Assembly: GCA_003971905.1 (NCBI GenBank)
Contig: RSEE01000007.1
Coordinates: 806,001-870,000, forward strand
Length of the DNA: 64,000 nt
Direction of reading: 5' to 3'
From: Moniliella sp. 'wahieum'
Lineage: Eukaryota
Positions 12,137-24,212 of this stretch are shown in pieces. Numbering within the stretch: the first letter of the stretch is position 1; every line of letters begins with the position of its first letter. The notes below the pieces were generated by a model. The model had not been told where the DNA came from, made no database searches, and worked only from the letters and a program-made list of their open reading frames with translations. The translations under genes and the position numbers were made by a program.

Positions 12137-13190
12137 CTTGAAAACGGAAGACTGGATGGGTGGTGGGGGTTGATGGGAGGAACCAAGTATGGGGAAAATA
12201 CGATGCCGCTCAGAACCAGCCTGGCGAAATGTTGGAGAGGGACAGGAGGTCTGATGCGCACGAGGTATAATTGCCGCGCCGACGATGACGGGAGAGGGAA
12301 GCACAAACTCGAAAAGAGGTGATGCCGTTGTCCTCCTAGTGATGGAAGCGGCTTGGTTTGTAGTATACGTACGTCCAGAGGACGAGGTGAGAAGGTGATT
12401 CGGGCCGGCCGAGGGAGAGGGGGGATAAGAAGGAAGGGATGGGGGACGGATGAAGGGTCAGGTCCAACCTAAAGGGAAAAGTGCACAGAGGCCAGCTCTG
12501 TGAGAAGTGACTAGTGACAAGAAGGTAGTGTGCTGGTGATGGCAAAAGTGGGCGTGATCACGGCGTTCTGAAAAAAAAGTGAGAGAGTTACCATCAGAGT
12601 CGGCACTTGATATTACAGTGTCTGGCTGTGCGTCAGTACGTACGGCGCCCGGTGCCGATCCTCTTCCACCCAACCAAACGGGCAAGAAAGACATGCGAAA
12701 AGAGCGAGGTAAGACTGACAAGCGCTGCCTTTCCTGTCTGGGCATTCCGAGCACCTATAAGACACGATGGATTTCCCCTTTGGGCGCGGCGCGTGGATTG
12801 AGACCAACTGACGTCGTCTCCACTTCCAACAATGCTTCCAACACCATGGCGTGGTCGGTGCAGTCGGGCTGCTCTTGTGGTAATTTCCACTCAACTGGGT
12901 ACCGGATTGACTAACAACCTCAGTAGCAATCCACCCCGGGCAGGGGATCGACATGCCAACCGTCCAGCCCACTGGGCCTGTCTGCGGTAGGACATCCATC
13001 CGCCCTGGGAAGTGTCCTCTAGTGCGAGACGGGACGAGTGATTCCAACCTGCCCACGATCATCGATCAATTAATCCCTCGGGATGTGCGACATGGGACGT
13101 GGGATCCGCGGGGGACGCTCGGCGTATTTTTAGCTCCTCACTTAACCTTATTTCGTTTCCAGTTGATTGCGAGGCTCCGAAAGGTCGAGA

Positions 13191-13432
13191 TGTGACTCGG
13201 TGACCCTGGTGACCCTGGCGACTTAGGGAAAAGGCTCAACGGTTGGAGTTCGGACAAGCTTTGAGGCTAATTATGGCTACCATGTTGACGTGTAACATGT
13301 AACTCCGGTAACCGGTAACATGCGGTAACATGGTAACAGGATGCATGAGCACATGAGCGCTGATCGCTGATCCTTCTGCAGATCTCCTGCATGAGGCCCC
13401 GCAGGCCTGGGCCTGAGGCCCCTGAGGCCAGG
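13191..13432. promoter_or_regulatory. Intergenic cluster of tandem short motifs (GTGAC x3, GTAAC x6, CCTGAGG x2), candidate regulatory module
   Basis: tgtgactcggtgaccctggtgacc; tgtaacatgtaactccggtaaccggtaacatgcggtaacatggtaac; gcctgaggcccctgaggcc. Function inferred only. Confidence 0.35.
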
Positions 13433-14067
13433 TCTGGCCAGGGTAATCGAGAGCTAGTCAAATGCAACCAAGTAATAAACAGGGAGACAATGTCTACTCG
13501 AAGTTCCACATAAGTGCACCAAACTATGCGTGTACTATACTACACGTCCTTCCACTGCAGTCACTGAAGTACCAGCCCTCAGACGGCCGCAGAGGTTATA
13601 TCTCTCCACGTCCAGAGGGGCTGTATGACAGTGAAGTACGTGGGAACGTTGTCGATCGCAAAACAGCAAGGTGCCGAGGGAGCTTAGCGTTTACCCTCGC
13701 ATGCCTCCTGGGGCGCATAATGGCGCATAATGCATAACATAAAGCTGAAGGCGCAATTGCGTGTTTTGACAGTGGCGGTCCCCATGTAAACGCTTGTGCA
13801 AACGCACAGGCTACGGGAAGAAGGAAGAAGCAAGCGGGGCCCACAAGGGTTGGACAATGGATTTAGGTGACACAGGGTTGGACAAGAGCGAAAATATTGG
13901 TACGACAAGGCCCTGGTAGGCGGGGAGGTGCCAGAAACGAAGGAAGGGGGGGGGAGACACACGTGCTGACCGAAGCACATGAGGACGGAGCGGGGGCGAA
14001 GTGGGGTGGGGATGAACATATCGGTGCTGGTTGCGGGGCAGAGGGCGGGGAGGAAAATGGGGTTGGG

Positions 14068-15383
14068 TCAAAGAAGAGCCGTGTCTCGCAGTGCATTCTG
14101 AACAATGGTATCCTTCACATCAATAAACACCTGTTCGATGCCCTTGGTGTCGGTTAGCCTGGGTGGGTGAGGTGGGGGTAGATGGGCAGTTTGGCCCGGT
14201 TGAGCTGGGTGAAGCGCCAGAGCACGTACCTGGCCGCCTTTTGCACATCCGGTCCCCCGGTATAGTCGGAATAAGTGTTTTCCAGCGGCACACGAGGAAT
14301 TTTTTTCCGGAACACATCCACCTTGTTGAGAAGAGAATGACGACGAACGGGCAAACCAACGCGAGTTGACCACCGACTCGAACAACACCAGGGACTCGTC
14401 CAACCGATTTTGGGTTGGATCCTCCAGCAAAACCTGATCGTACTCGGAGATGGCGACACAAAAGATGATGGAAGTCACTGCTTCGAACGAGTGGATCCAC
14501 TTCAGCCGCTCCGAACGTTGGCCTCCCACATCAAAGAGGTGGATGAGCAAATTTCCCATGGCGAACGTCGTTTCGGTGATCCCTGTGCTCTTGGAGCGGG
14601 CTCGTAGCACGTCGTCGTTGGTAGGCAGATAGTCAGGTTGGGTGATGCGTGCTGCGTTCTCGAAAAAGTAGGGAGCACTGTCCATGAGGTAAAACTTGTC
14701 CCCATACTGGTCCAGAAGTGTGCGCGTCACGTCGGAAGCCCAGAGTTGGCTGGCGTAATCACCCATATCGGGGGCAAAGGGTTGGATTCGTCTGCTGTCG
14801 GTTTTGGTGGCTCCGCATCGTTCTCGAGGGGTACGGGCGACTTGGCCAAGGGTTCTTGTCCCTCTTCGGTTTTGTTGGGGTCCGAAAGGGACGCGTCCGA
14901 CTGGGGCTCCTGCGCGGAGGTAGGTAGAAGGTTTGGTGGTGTGAAATTGAGGATGTGCTGAATTGCCTGTCGCGTGGCGGTGTCGGGCGGCTGAAGATCG
15001 TACTTGACCAGGGCCACTGCGATCGTCTGGGCGGATTCCAGCAGGTTTTTGGCGATGACGCGGCGGTAGTAAAGTAGCTCCGAGTGGTTAAATCCGTCTT
15101 TGTGGATGATCTCATCTGATCGTACTTTTTCCGCTTTCGCCGCTTCCGAGGAGAAGGAGCTTGAAAGAGCGCTTGTGACGACCGGCACCGGCGCTGGTGT
15201 TGGGCGCCGGTGTGCCATTAGAGAGCGAAGCATTGGACTTGTGGCGGGTGGGGGGGGGTGAGCGGAAGCAGGGGTCGATACGGGAGCAGTGACTGGCGTG
15301 GCTGGCGGGCGAGCTTGGGCGGGCGCAGACGCAGCCTGTGGGAGGGGGGCGCTGTCGGGCTTGCTACTGAGGCAGTTCCCCAT
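14068..15383 (-). CDS. Heterotrimeric G-protein alpha subunit, group III (cAMP-type)-like, atypical N-terminus
   Basis: MGNC myristoylation/palmitoylation start. P-loop [15 protein letters not shown] at ~15118-15162 (in a frame not shown in the ORF track), [27 protein letters not shown], ends [11 protein letters not shown]. Several frameshifts. Confidence 0.93.
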
Positions 15384-16228
15384 CGTGGTGCGCACCAGGC
15401 CTCAGCTGCCGGCCCAAGGCACGGGGAGGGGGTGGGTTGAGGAGGAGAGTGGGGGGGAGGGAGGGAGCAGCGCGGGCGGGGGGGCGGCGCAGTGCGGGTG
15501 GTGGAGCGAGGGAGGAGGTGCGCCACATGAGTGGCAACCAGGATTCAGATTTTCATTCATCGATCATTCATCCAGCCTGCCATCTGCTGGGCGGCGGCGC
15601 GGCGCAGAAAAAGGCACGGGGGCAGTCTACCCCAGTGCTGTTTTACAAGCGCGGTGTGCTGCATAGCCCGCTGGGTTGTCCCATCGGCACTCGCCTGCCC
15701 GTCTCTGCCGCCGATCCGAACCAGCGCCACCGGCGCCTCATCCGTGCCTCATCGCCTGCTCCCAGATCCCACCCCCGAACACGCAGAGCACACCTCGCAG
15801 GAAGGGAGGCCCCGCCTTGCCGCGAACCACATGTCTCTCACATGTTCCCTTCTGTCTTCTTGCTTTGATTCTGTTTACCCACACGGGACGTAGATCCAGG
15901 TCGGGCAATTACATCCGTGCACAAAGGAGCTCCACATTCCCATGCCCCTGCATGGCAGCTACCTAGCTCAGGCGGAAGAGCGGTGGGCTCATATGTCCCG
16001 TTGTGACCCACAGGTCGTCGGATCAAGACCGACGGTAGCTACTCTTTTTGAGCGCATTTTTAACACGACCTGAATTTAAACCCTAACGCATCATTGCCTA
16101 GTGCGGAACGGCAGGAGCGGTAGGGTTTCGGAATGTGCCCGCCATCTGTGCACCCCCAGCTTTGAATGCCTTGAGCGAAGCGGGCGCTGACGCTGACGTC
16201 GCTTCCCACAGCTTTCCAGGCCTCCGCC

Positions 16229-17217
16229 ATGCCACCCCGGTCGCCTATGGACGAGTTTATGCGCAGGATGCAGGACACGGCAAGGGGCGCCAGTCGTGGG
16301 CGCTTCCTGGCGGTGGGCGGGGCGCACCCAAGGGTGTGCTGCGGAACGGGTGCCATTGTGGGTCTGGTCGCGCTCGCTGTGGGCATCAATGCGTCGCTCT
16401 TCAATGTCGATGGTGGACACCGGGCGATCAAGTACAGCCGTGTGTATGGTGTGCTGCCGACCGTGTACCCAGAGGGCACTCACTTCCTTCTTCCCTGGTT
16501 TGAGCATGCCATCGATTACGACGTGCGTGCCAAGCCGCGCAGCATCGCATCCTTGACCGGCACCAAGGACCTGCAGATGGTCAACATCACCTGCCGTGTG
16601 CTCCCGCCCCGACGCACACCAGCTGCCATCCTTGTACCGTGAACTGGGCGCTGACTACGATGAGCGCGTGCTGCCATCAATCGTGAACGAGGTGCTCAAG
16701 GCAGTGGTGGCGCAGTTCAATGCGTCCCAGTTGATCACTCAGCGTGAGATGGTGTCGCGTCTGGTCCGGGATTCGCTCACCACCCGCGCCAGGCGGTTCA
16801 ATCTCGTACTGGATGATGTCTCCATCACGCATGTCGCCTTCAGTCCCGAGTTCACCGCGGCGGTTGAGGCCAAGCAAATTGCCCAGCAAACGGCCCAACG
16901 GGCGGCCTACCTGGTGGATCAGGCAGTGCAGGAGAAACAATCGATCATTGTCAAGGCACAAGGTGGGCCCGCTCGGCCGAGCTGATTGGTGAGGCGCTCA
17001 AGAAAAAGAAGGGTTTCTTGGCCTTGCGCAAGCTCGAGGCTGCCAGGGAAATCGCTTCGACTTTGCCACCAGCGGGAACAAGATTATGCTCGACGCTGAG
17101 TCACTTTTGCTCAACGTGTATGTCCCTTATTTCCCTTTCTTTTTCCCTTTTCTCATGCTTACCATTGTTTTCAACAGTGCCAGCGAGGATCCCGACAGTG
17201 CCAAGACCAAAAAGTAA
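16229..17217 (+). CDS. PHB2: Prohibitin 2 (SPFH/Band 7)
   Basis: [86 protein letters not shown]. Intron 17118-17177, stop at 17217. Confidence 0.95.
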
Positions 17218-17446
17218 TGTCTCTTCTCCATCTCATCGCCGTTGCACCGCAACTCACGCCAAAATTGATTCACTGCTCATCATCCCCAGGGTTTCCACAG
17301 GTGGTCAAGGGCGATGGTTTTAGCTCGGTGGACCAATCTCCAAATATCAATGACGTTATCAACATCAGGACCGGAGACAACATAGGATTAGATTGCAGAA
17401 CCAATGCATAACAAGTGGGGCATGTAGCGTAAAGCATCAATCCACC

Positions 17447-18725
17447 TCACGGTGCGACGATGGGACCCCCACTTCCCAGACGAGCGTGAGAAGGTACATG
17501 GGGATCTGCGGCCAAACCCGCTGGCAAGTCGACGGCAGGCTGGACGGCATGCTCGCTGCCTACCTTGGTCATAGGCTCGGCATCTCCTGCAGCTGCAGTC
17601 GACGAACTAGCTGAGCCAACTGATGAAAGAGTTGTGATCAAAGGTTGCTTTGCTACCAGGTTGGCGGCTTGGACGTTGGAGCCGTTGTCACGGAATAGGA
17701 GGGCCTTGTGGCGCCTGTCCTCTTCTGCTTGGCGAATGATCGCCTCGCCACGAGGGGTGTTCCATGGCCCGGCATTCGATAAGGAGCAGCCTTCTGAACA
17801 GCGGCACTTGCCTCCCAAATAGGCCGGAAGATTTTCGAGCGGAATCTGCTGGGCTAGCTCACGCTCGTACCCATTCCCCAGAATCTTGATCTTCTCGACC
17901 GTGACGGGATCGAGCCATGCCTTGACAACAGCCCAAACCGTGGTGAAAATGTAGGGCGCATTGATGATGTAAAACTTTCCCATCGTCTCAGGGTAGTAGT
18001 AGTACTGGCCAATCTTGGATGCCTGTTGCACGTACCCTGATACTTTCCAGAATTGCGACACACCCACGTTCTTTAGGCCATGATCGTGCAGCTCGTCTCG
18101 ATCAATTCCCCCGCTCGGACGAGCAGACGGGCAAGCGCTCGCGCTGGAACTTTTCGTACTCAACCACAAGCTTCTGCATGATCCGCTCTGGCGTGGTGAT
18201 CTTGTACAACGCCTTGAGATCGACTTTGCCCAATTGCTCGATGTAGACGGGACGGCCATCCTTGTCAGTTTTGTGGTAGAACTGGGGGTACAGCTCGTTG
18301 ACCGCCTCTTTTTCTGGGAAGGTAAACGATTGGTATAGCTCATCAACCTTGAAATCACGCCGCCACTGCTCCGCCTCGGAAAACATGGCAAAGGTAGCAT
18401 CCAGGTCCCATTTTCGCGCCCGCAGAAAGCGGCAGAGACACGCATCGTCGTGGCGGGTGGGATCGTAGAACTTGCTCTCGACCGCTTTGGCGCGAAGAGC
18501 ATCGAGCGCAATGTTTGGTGTGGTTCAGGTGACCGGGGCGGCCGGGGTGGGCATAGGGCGGCAGTCAGGTTGCTAGTGTTGGATCGGGCGGGCTCACGGG
18601 AGTGTGTGGCGGCCAAGGGGGGGAGGTGATGGTGGTGGCGTGGGCGTGCGCCTCCTGCGGCTGGGCTGTGGCGGCGGCGCCAGCGGCAGCATCAGCGTCG
18701 CGCTCCTTGTGCTTCCGGCGGACAT
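17447..18725 (-). CDS. SEC14: Sec14-family CRAL-TRIO phosphatidylinositol transfer protein
   Basis: DDACLCRFLRARKWD, YPQFYHKTDKDGRPVYIEQLG, YYPETMGKFYIINAP, WLDPVTVEKIKILG, LPAYLGGKCRC..GCSLSNAGPW. Start is approximate; frameshifts. Confidence 0.92.
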
Positions 18726-19098
18726 GAGGGTGGGGTGGGGTGCGGTGGCCGAGAGATGGCAGGAGCAGGGGTAGGCGACCGGCCGCGAAGAAGTGAGATC
18801 TCAGCTGCCCAACATTCCGCTGCGCCCAGCAAATCCTCAACCAGCCGCACGGCCAGCGATGACGTCACTCCACCTGGCCCCTCGTTCTCGTCACGCGTCA
18901 CGTGCCGATCGAGGCGACTGTTCAGCTCAGCCATCGCATCGCATCATCGGTCGATTCCCAAATCAAAGGGGTGTTGACATGTTGACAGCAAATTAGGTAA
19001 CTGCATGTTTCAAAACCTGCCCAACCCCTGCTGATGATTGGGGCCAGCCGACCCCCCTGCCACCACTCCACCCCGACCTCAGCCTCGAGCCCCTCGCG

Positions 19099-20295
19099 AT
19101 GGATGCCGCCGGTGGACAAGGGGCGCCGCAGTGCCCCGGCTCCATGGCGCGCGGACCGCCGTCGGAGCCTGCAACCTACCGCGACCTGCTGATCTTTGAG
19201 GAGCGCCTCAAACAGTCCGCTTCGCGTCTGCGCAAACGCAAGCGCCGCTGGGGCACGCTGCTTGTTGTCAGCATCACCGTCTGCCTTGCTCTGGCCTACA
19301 TCATCCAGTTCGCCCCACCCCGCAATGTCTTCTGGACCACCTTGTTACCTCCGCCTTCTTGTTCTTGTGCACCTCAATCTGTCTCTTCTTTGTCTCGGGT
19401 CTCTACTCGGACCGCATCGTAGCATCCCACAGGTATGTTGGTTCCGTGCTATTCACTCCAGGGACACGCGTACGAACTTACGAGCCCTACTACAGATACA
19501 GCCAACAGGCGAACCGCGCATTGCGCAACCTCAACATGCATCTCAACCTGCGCACCGCTCCCAGCGCGGCATTATTTCCCGCTTCTTCTTCCCATTTGCG
19601 TCCCCTACTCCTGGCGGTGAAAAAAAGCCAAAGGAAAGATCAGCCTCTACGCTGACTTTGCCCCGTTCCCCGTCGGCTTCTTCATTGGCGTCAACGGGCT
19701 CCGCTGGATCGGCCGGCGGCGCCAGCAAGCGGCATGCCTTGTCCGGCATCCCCCCCTCGACCAACCCGAGAGGAGAACTCATTTTCTCCTCGCGCGTAGT
19801 CAAGTTCAGACAAGGTTACGAGCGGTACCGGGCAGCGTTTGAGCGTCGCAGATCCGAACGGCTGGAAGCGCGCCGGTCCGCTGGCTGGCGCTTTTGGCTC
19901 TACACTGGCGCGGGTGGGGGTGGTGGCGCAAAGAGATTTGGAAACCTGCCGAGGCTGGGCCGGCACAGACTGGAAAATCGGCGGTGCCCAGAGCAAAACA
20001 TGCGACGCCTTCGGGGCATCGTAATCATTCAATACCCACACGCAACATCAACACATCCGCACCACCTCCACCACCTCCACCAAGAGCAATGGATCCCAGC
20101 GCCGCAAAGGTCACTCTTCTCGCCCCTCGCACCCTGTCCCCCCCCTCCCTTCTGCTTCTCCGCAGAGACCACCGTCACCTGCGCCCTCTGATACCAGCTA
20201 CGCTTCCTCCGATGCGTCGCCACAGTCGAAAAGCCGGGCCCTCCCAGAATTGCGATGACACCAGCCCGGAACGAAATTACGCGCCATACATTTGA
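19099..20295 (+). CDS. SPO7: Spo7-like regulatory subunit of the Nem1-Spo7 phosphatase
   Basis: TYRDLLIFEERLK, two hydrophobic segments, LFFVSGLYSDRI, ANRALRNLNMHLN, IPPSTNPRGELIFSSRV, GYERYRAAFERRR. Intron ~19433-19495; 3' end uncertain. Confidence 0.85.
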
Positions 20296-20789
20296 ACAAC
20301 ATGAGAGCAATTTTCGTTTGGCTCCGTTTCGAATCCATCCTCGTGTACTGTACTTGTGTCTGCGTGTAAGGGAGAATGGAACAGGTGTCAGGCTTTTTGA
20401 AAGAGGAAGACCAGTGATCCCTTTCCGTCCTCGCGATCGTCTTGGATATTGGCTGCAGAGCACGTTGATATGACGTGTGTTTGTATGACTGAATGGGGCG
20501 ATGGTTCCTCGCAATCTAGTGCAATCTTGAGAACGGGGTTCCGCGATCTGGACGTTGGTTTTCAGCAGCTGCTGAGGGCGCTGAGGTTGGATGGGTTTGC
20601 CTCAGCCTGTAGCACATTATGGGTGGGGTTTCCCCTGCTCACAGCTACCGGAATCGGCCGGTCCAGCCCCGGTGGGTTTACCCCAGAGTTTGCTCCACTG
20701 AAATGTTGAGCTGGCCGAGCCGCGCACTGACCCGCCTCAGGCCAGAAAGCTGAAGTACACCTCAACATCTTAGCTCCACCATCCCCGCC

Positions 20790-22604
20790 ATGCTGCTCGC
20801 CCGCACCGGCGCTCATCCACGACGATTGCCTCAGTGCATCAGATGCCTGCACACTTCCTCTCGCCTCTTGACAGTGCCCCGCCCGGTGTACGCGGGGCTT
20901 CCGTACGCGGGCCAGTTCCGCTCGGGCGAGCAAGTGGCTGTGGACCATGTCGTGGTCGGCGGTGGCGCAGTGGGCCTGGCAGTAGGTGCAGCGTTGGCTG
21001 CTCGCTTCCCCTCCAAGAGTACGTATGTCCTTGAGCGTCACGCCCACGTTGGAATGGAAACCAGCAGCCGCAACTCGGAGGTGGTGCATGCGGGGCTGTA
21101 CTACCCTCCCGCATCGTACAAGACGGCTCTGTGTCTGCGCGGGCGGGAACTGCTCTACCGATTCTGTGAGCAGCACCAGGTTCCCATCCAAAAAGTTGGC
21201 AAACTTGTGGTCGGTACCGAACCGGCATATTTTGATCGGATGCTGGCCCATGTAACTTCTTTGCCGGTAGGCTTAGACCTCTTGGTCCCGCCCTACTATG
21301 GCCCTCCAAACCCCCAAAGCAAGGCGTCTAACACATTTGTTCCCCTCGTCCCCGCACCGCTCGAGAAGTTGTCGGGAGACCAAGCGCGGGAATTGGAACC
21401 TGATCTCAGCGCCGAAATTACCGCGGCCATCCTGTCGCCCCAAACGGGGATTATCGACAGCCACACGTACATGCAAACGCTGGTGGACCAACTGGATGCG
21501 GCAGAGAACGCAGAACTCGTGCTTGGGACTCGCGTGGTGGACATTCGTGCTCACAACGACGGGAACAATGGGAATGGGTTTGCCTTGCAGACCATCACAG
21601 GAAGCGTGGAGGAAGCCGCGGCCGAAGGTGTTCCCGCTGATGTTCTCATGGCCAAGGTGGTGATCAATGCTGCGGGGCTCGATGCTCCCCTGCTGATGAA
21701 CCAGCTGCTGCGCTCGGGTACCGGACCCAACCCGACCCTTCCTGGGGAAGTGACGGCAGTGACTAAATCCGGAGCACGATTGATTCGCTTGAATGAACAA
21801 GGGCACCTGCCCGCTTGGCACTGCAAGGGAAACTATGCTTCCTATCCTCGTTCGGCAGGCGGTGTGGGTCAAGTCAAGCACTTGATCTACCCCACGCCCA
21901 ACTTTGGAGGTTCCACGGCCGAGGGAGCGGCTAAGTATTCCCACCAGTCGTTGGGCAGTAAGTCTATCCCCTGTTCCCTCTGCGCTTGCTTAACCAGACT
22001 GCTGACGCTTACTGCAGCCCACCTCACTCTCGATTTGCAAGGCAACATTCGGTTTGGCCCTGACAGCGAATGGCTTTCCCCTCCCAAGGAGGGGGACGAA
22101 GCGGCAGACTACTGGACCGACCACCTTGCTCCCCTCGCCGAAGGGAGCGACCGGCTGAAGCAGATGGGCGAAGATGTCCATCTGTATTTGCCTGCATTGG
22201 CTACCCAAGAGCTGGCACCGGCCTATGGGGGGATCCGACCTAAACTGATTGGTCCACCTTCAGCTCCTGCCCAGGGCGAGGCAGGCTTTGTCGATTTTCT
22301 TCCCTTGTTCCATGCTGCCCGAGGGCTGCAGGACCAACCCCTGTGGCAATTCACCTTGCCCACCTCCCAGCCTGGGCCTACTTCGGGCCCCGCCCCCGAT
22401 GCAGCCGCCCACAATCATGCCGGTGCAGGAGCATTGGTGAGTCTTTTGGGGATTGAGAGTCCGGGATTGACGTCAAGCCTGGCGATTGCAGAGCTGGTCA
22501 CTGCCCGCATTGCGCGCGGCGTATGGGGGGATTATAATCCTTCCTTTCGCCGCAAGGGCAAGACGGAGGACATTGGAGGTGCTGATCTGGATGCGTGGGC
22601 GTGA
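20790..22604 (+). CDS. L2HGDH: L-2-hydroxyglutarate dehydrogenase-like FAD oxidoreductase, mitochondrial
   Basis: VVVGGGAVGLA FAD motif, ETSSRNSEVVHAGLYYP, TGIIDSH, VINAAGL, KGNY, LIYP, GIRPKL, LLGIESPGLTSSLAIAE. In-frame intron 21958-22017 restores SLGTHLTLD. Confidence 0.92.
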   Translation: MLLARTGAHPRRLPQCIRCLHTSSRLLTVPRPVYAGLPYAGQFRSGEQVAVDHVVVGGGAVGLAVGAALAARFPSKSTYVLERHAHVGMETSSRNSEVVHAGLYYPPASYKTALCLRGRELLYRFCEQHQVPIQKVGKLVVGTEPAYFDRMLAHVTSLPVGLDLLVPPYYGPPNPQSKASNTFVPLVPAPLEKLSGDQARELEPDLSAEITAAILSPQTGIIDSHTYMQTLVDQLDAAENAELVLGTRVVDIRAHNDGNNGNGFALQTITGSVEEAAAEGVPADVLMAKVVINAAGLDAPLLMNQLLRSGTGPNPTLPGEVTAVTKSGARLIRLNEQGHLPAWHCKGNYASYPRSAGGVGQVKHLIYPTPNFGGSTAEGAAKYSHQSLGSKSIPCSLCACLTRLLTLTAAHLTLDLQGNIRFGPDSEWLSPPKEGDEAADYWTDHLAPLAEGSDRLKQMGEDVHLYLPALATQELAPAYGGIRPKLIGPPSAPAQGEAGFVDFLPLFHAARGLQDQPLWQFTLPTSQPGPTSGPAPDAAAHNHAGAGALVSLLGIESPGLTSSLAIAELVTARIARGVWGDYNPSFRRKGKTEDIGGADLDAWA

Positions 22605-22624
22605 AAAGGATAGAAGAGTGCCAT

Positions 22625-23743
22625 TCACACCTGTTTGGGCTTCAACAGGAGCTGCCATACATCCTGTGCTACGTGTGCAAACGCTTGCGCCGTCACGCCC
22701 GCCGTTGTAGGATGCAGAAGGTCCAACGAAGCAGGCCGACCCTGGTCGGCTGCAGGGCTGAGTTGGGGGTCAATAGGGATCCAGCCGAGCACGGGTGCAC
22801 CCAGCTGGGCAGCCAGTTCGTCAAACTTGGCCGCCGAACCAAAGATTTCACTCTTGGTGCCATCGGGCAGGACGAGGTGGGCCATGTTCAGCAGCAACCC
22901 CGGGTCAGGCACACCTGTTTTCCGGAACAGGGCCAGGCCCTTGCGCGCGTCAGCAAGAGCCACCTCTTGTGGAGTCGAAACAACAACGCTGGCGTCGATT
23001 TCGGCCAACTGCACCAGGGATAAGGCCACATCCCCGGTCCCAGGTGGCATATCGATCACCAACACGTCCACCCCTGGTGCCGAAACATCGGCGGGCAAAG
23101 AAAGCGACTCGGGTCCACGCCAGTCCACGTCAAATAACAGTTGCTGCACGGCCTTCATTACCATCATCCCTCGCCAAACCACGGGCGTGTCTTCGTTTCC
23201 TTCGCTCTGTTCACCCCCTGGTAGCGCCGAGGAGGGGGGCAGCAGGAACCCAAGCGACATGGCCTTCAGCCCGTGGCTTTTGAGTGGCACCAGTGCCCCA
23301 GCCGGTGTCAAATCCGGCTCTGGTGCGTCCTTGAGCCCCAGTAGTCTAGGTACCGAGGGACCAAACACGTCCAAGTCCAGCAGTCCGACTCGAGGCCGCT
23401 GCCCGGCAGGCGGGAGGGGGCCAAGCACTGGCCCACCGGGGGTGGAGAGGGACAAGGCCACGGCCAAGTTGGCCGCCACAGTCGACTTGCCCACGCCCCC
23501 CTTGCCAGAGGAGACAACGACGACGTAGCGGGCGTGTGGAATGCGGCGCTTCTCGGGGCCTCTTCGGCGCGGGAAGGCAGGCGGATCAGTGTTGCGAGGG
23601 AGACCGAGCGGGTTGTCATGCCCGCAGACGCGGGCGCTGGAGCCCAACATGCGACGCCCGGGCCAAAATAAGGCACTGGTCCTGAGTGTTGGTAACCTGA
23701 AGCATGTGGCAAGCGATGTTGGTGCTGCCATGACGGCGTCCAT
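22625..23743 (-). CDS. IND1: Mitochondrial Mrp/NBP35-family P-loop ATPase Ind1 (NUBPL), complex I assembly
   Basis: Presequence then HDNPLGL. SSGKGGVGKSTVAANLA, LDLDVFGPSVP, PVVWRGMMVMKAVQQLLFDVDW, IDMPPGTGD, VSTPQEVALADARKG. Uninterrupted ORF. Confidence 0.93.
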   Translation of the reverse strand: MDAVMAAPTSLATCFRLPTLRTSALFWPGRRMLGSSARVCGHDNPLGLPRNTDPPAFPRRRGPEKRRIPHARYVVVVSSGKGGVGKSTVAANLAVALSLSTPGGPVLGPLPPAGQRPRVGLLDLDVFGPSVPRLLGLKDAPEPDLTPAGALVPLKSHGLKAMSLGFLLPPSSALPGGEQSEGNEDTPVVWRGMMVMKAVQQLLFDVDWRGPESLSLPADVSAPGVDVLVIDMPPGTGDVALSLVQLAEIDASVVVSTPQEVALADARKGLALFRKTGVPDPGLLLNMAHLVLPDGTKSEIFGSAAKFDELAAQLGAPVLGWIPIDPQLSPAADQGRPASLDLLHPTTAGVTAQAFAHVAQDVWQLLLKPKQV

Positions 23744-24212
23744 GTGGGGGTTGGTGGTGGTGAGGGCCGGGGGCAGCGTTCGACAAGGTCTGTCATTGGG
23801 TCGGCCTAGGGACCCACCGGAGAGGTTGAAATCAATTCAAGCAGCCAAAAGTGGCTCTCCTCGTGTGTCTTCAAGCTGAGAGTGATGATTATCGCTCCGC
23901 GTCACTCACGCGTGCAGCGAAAGACGAAAGGGCCTATCCGTCGCTTCGTCCTCGATGTCTCCACAAATATATTGGGCACAGGGGCTAGTTAGCGCCAACA
24001 GATACATGGATGGAAGTATGGAATACTCGATTCACCCACTTCTACGGCTAACGCAACTGTCCAACCCCGTTGGAGAAGATTGTGCTTGCTTGTCTGGACC
24101 ATCAAAATGCGGACGGGTTGAGACACACGGTCCCTAATCGAATATGCGTTCACTCCTGCGACTAACTCAATATACTAGGGAAGGAAACAATTACGAAGGA
24201 ACAACCGCAGCC

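Noticed and set aside
15100..15170. Apparent deletion of the G-alpha P-loop (ORF track reads [15 protein letters not shown])
   Set aside because: Another minus-strand frame of the same bases encodes [15 protein letters not shown]. Only about 8 nt of VKQMK are missing, consistent with sequencing indels, so the P-loop is present.
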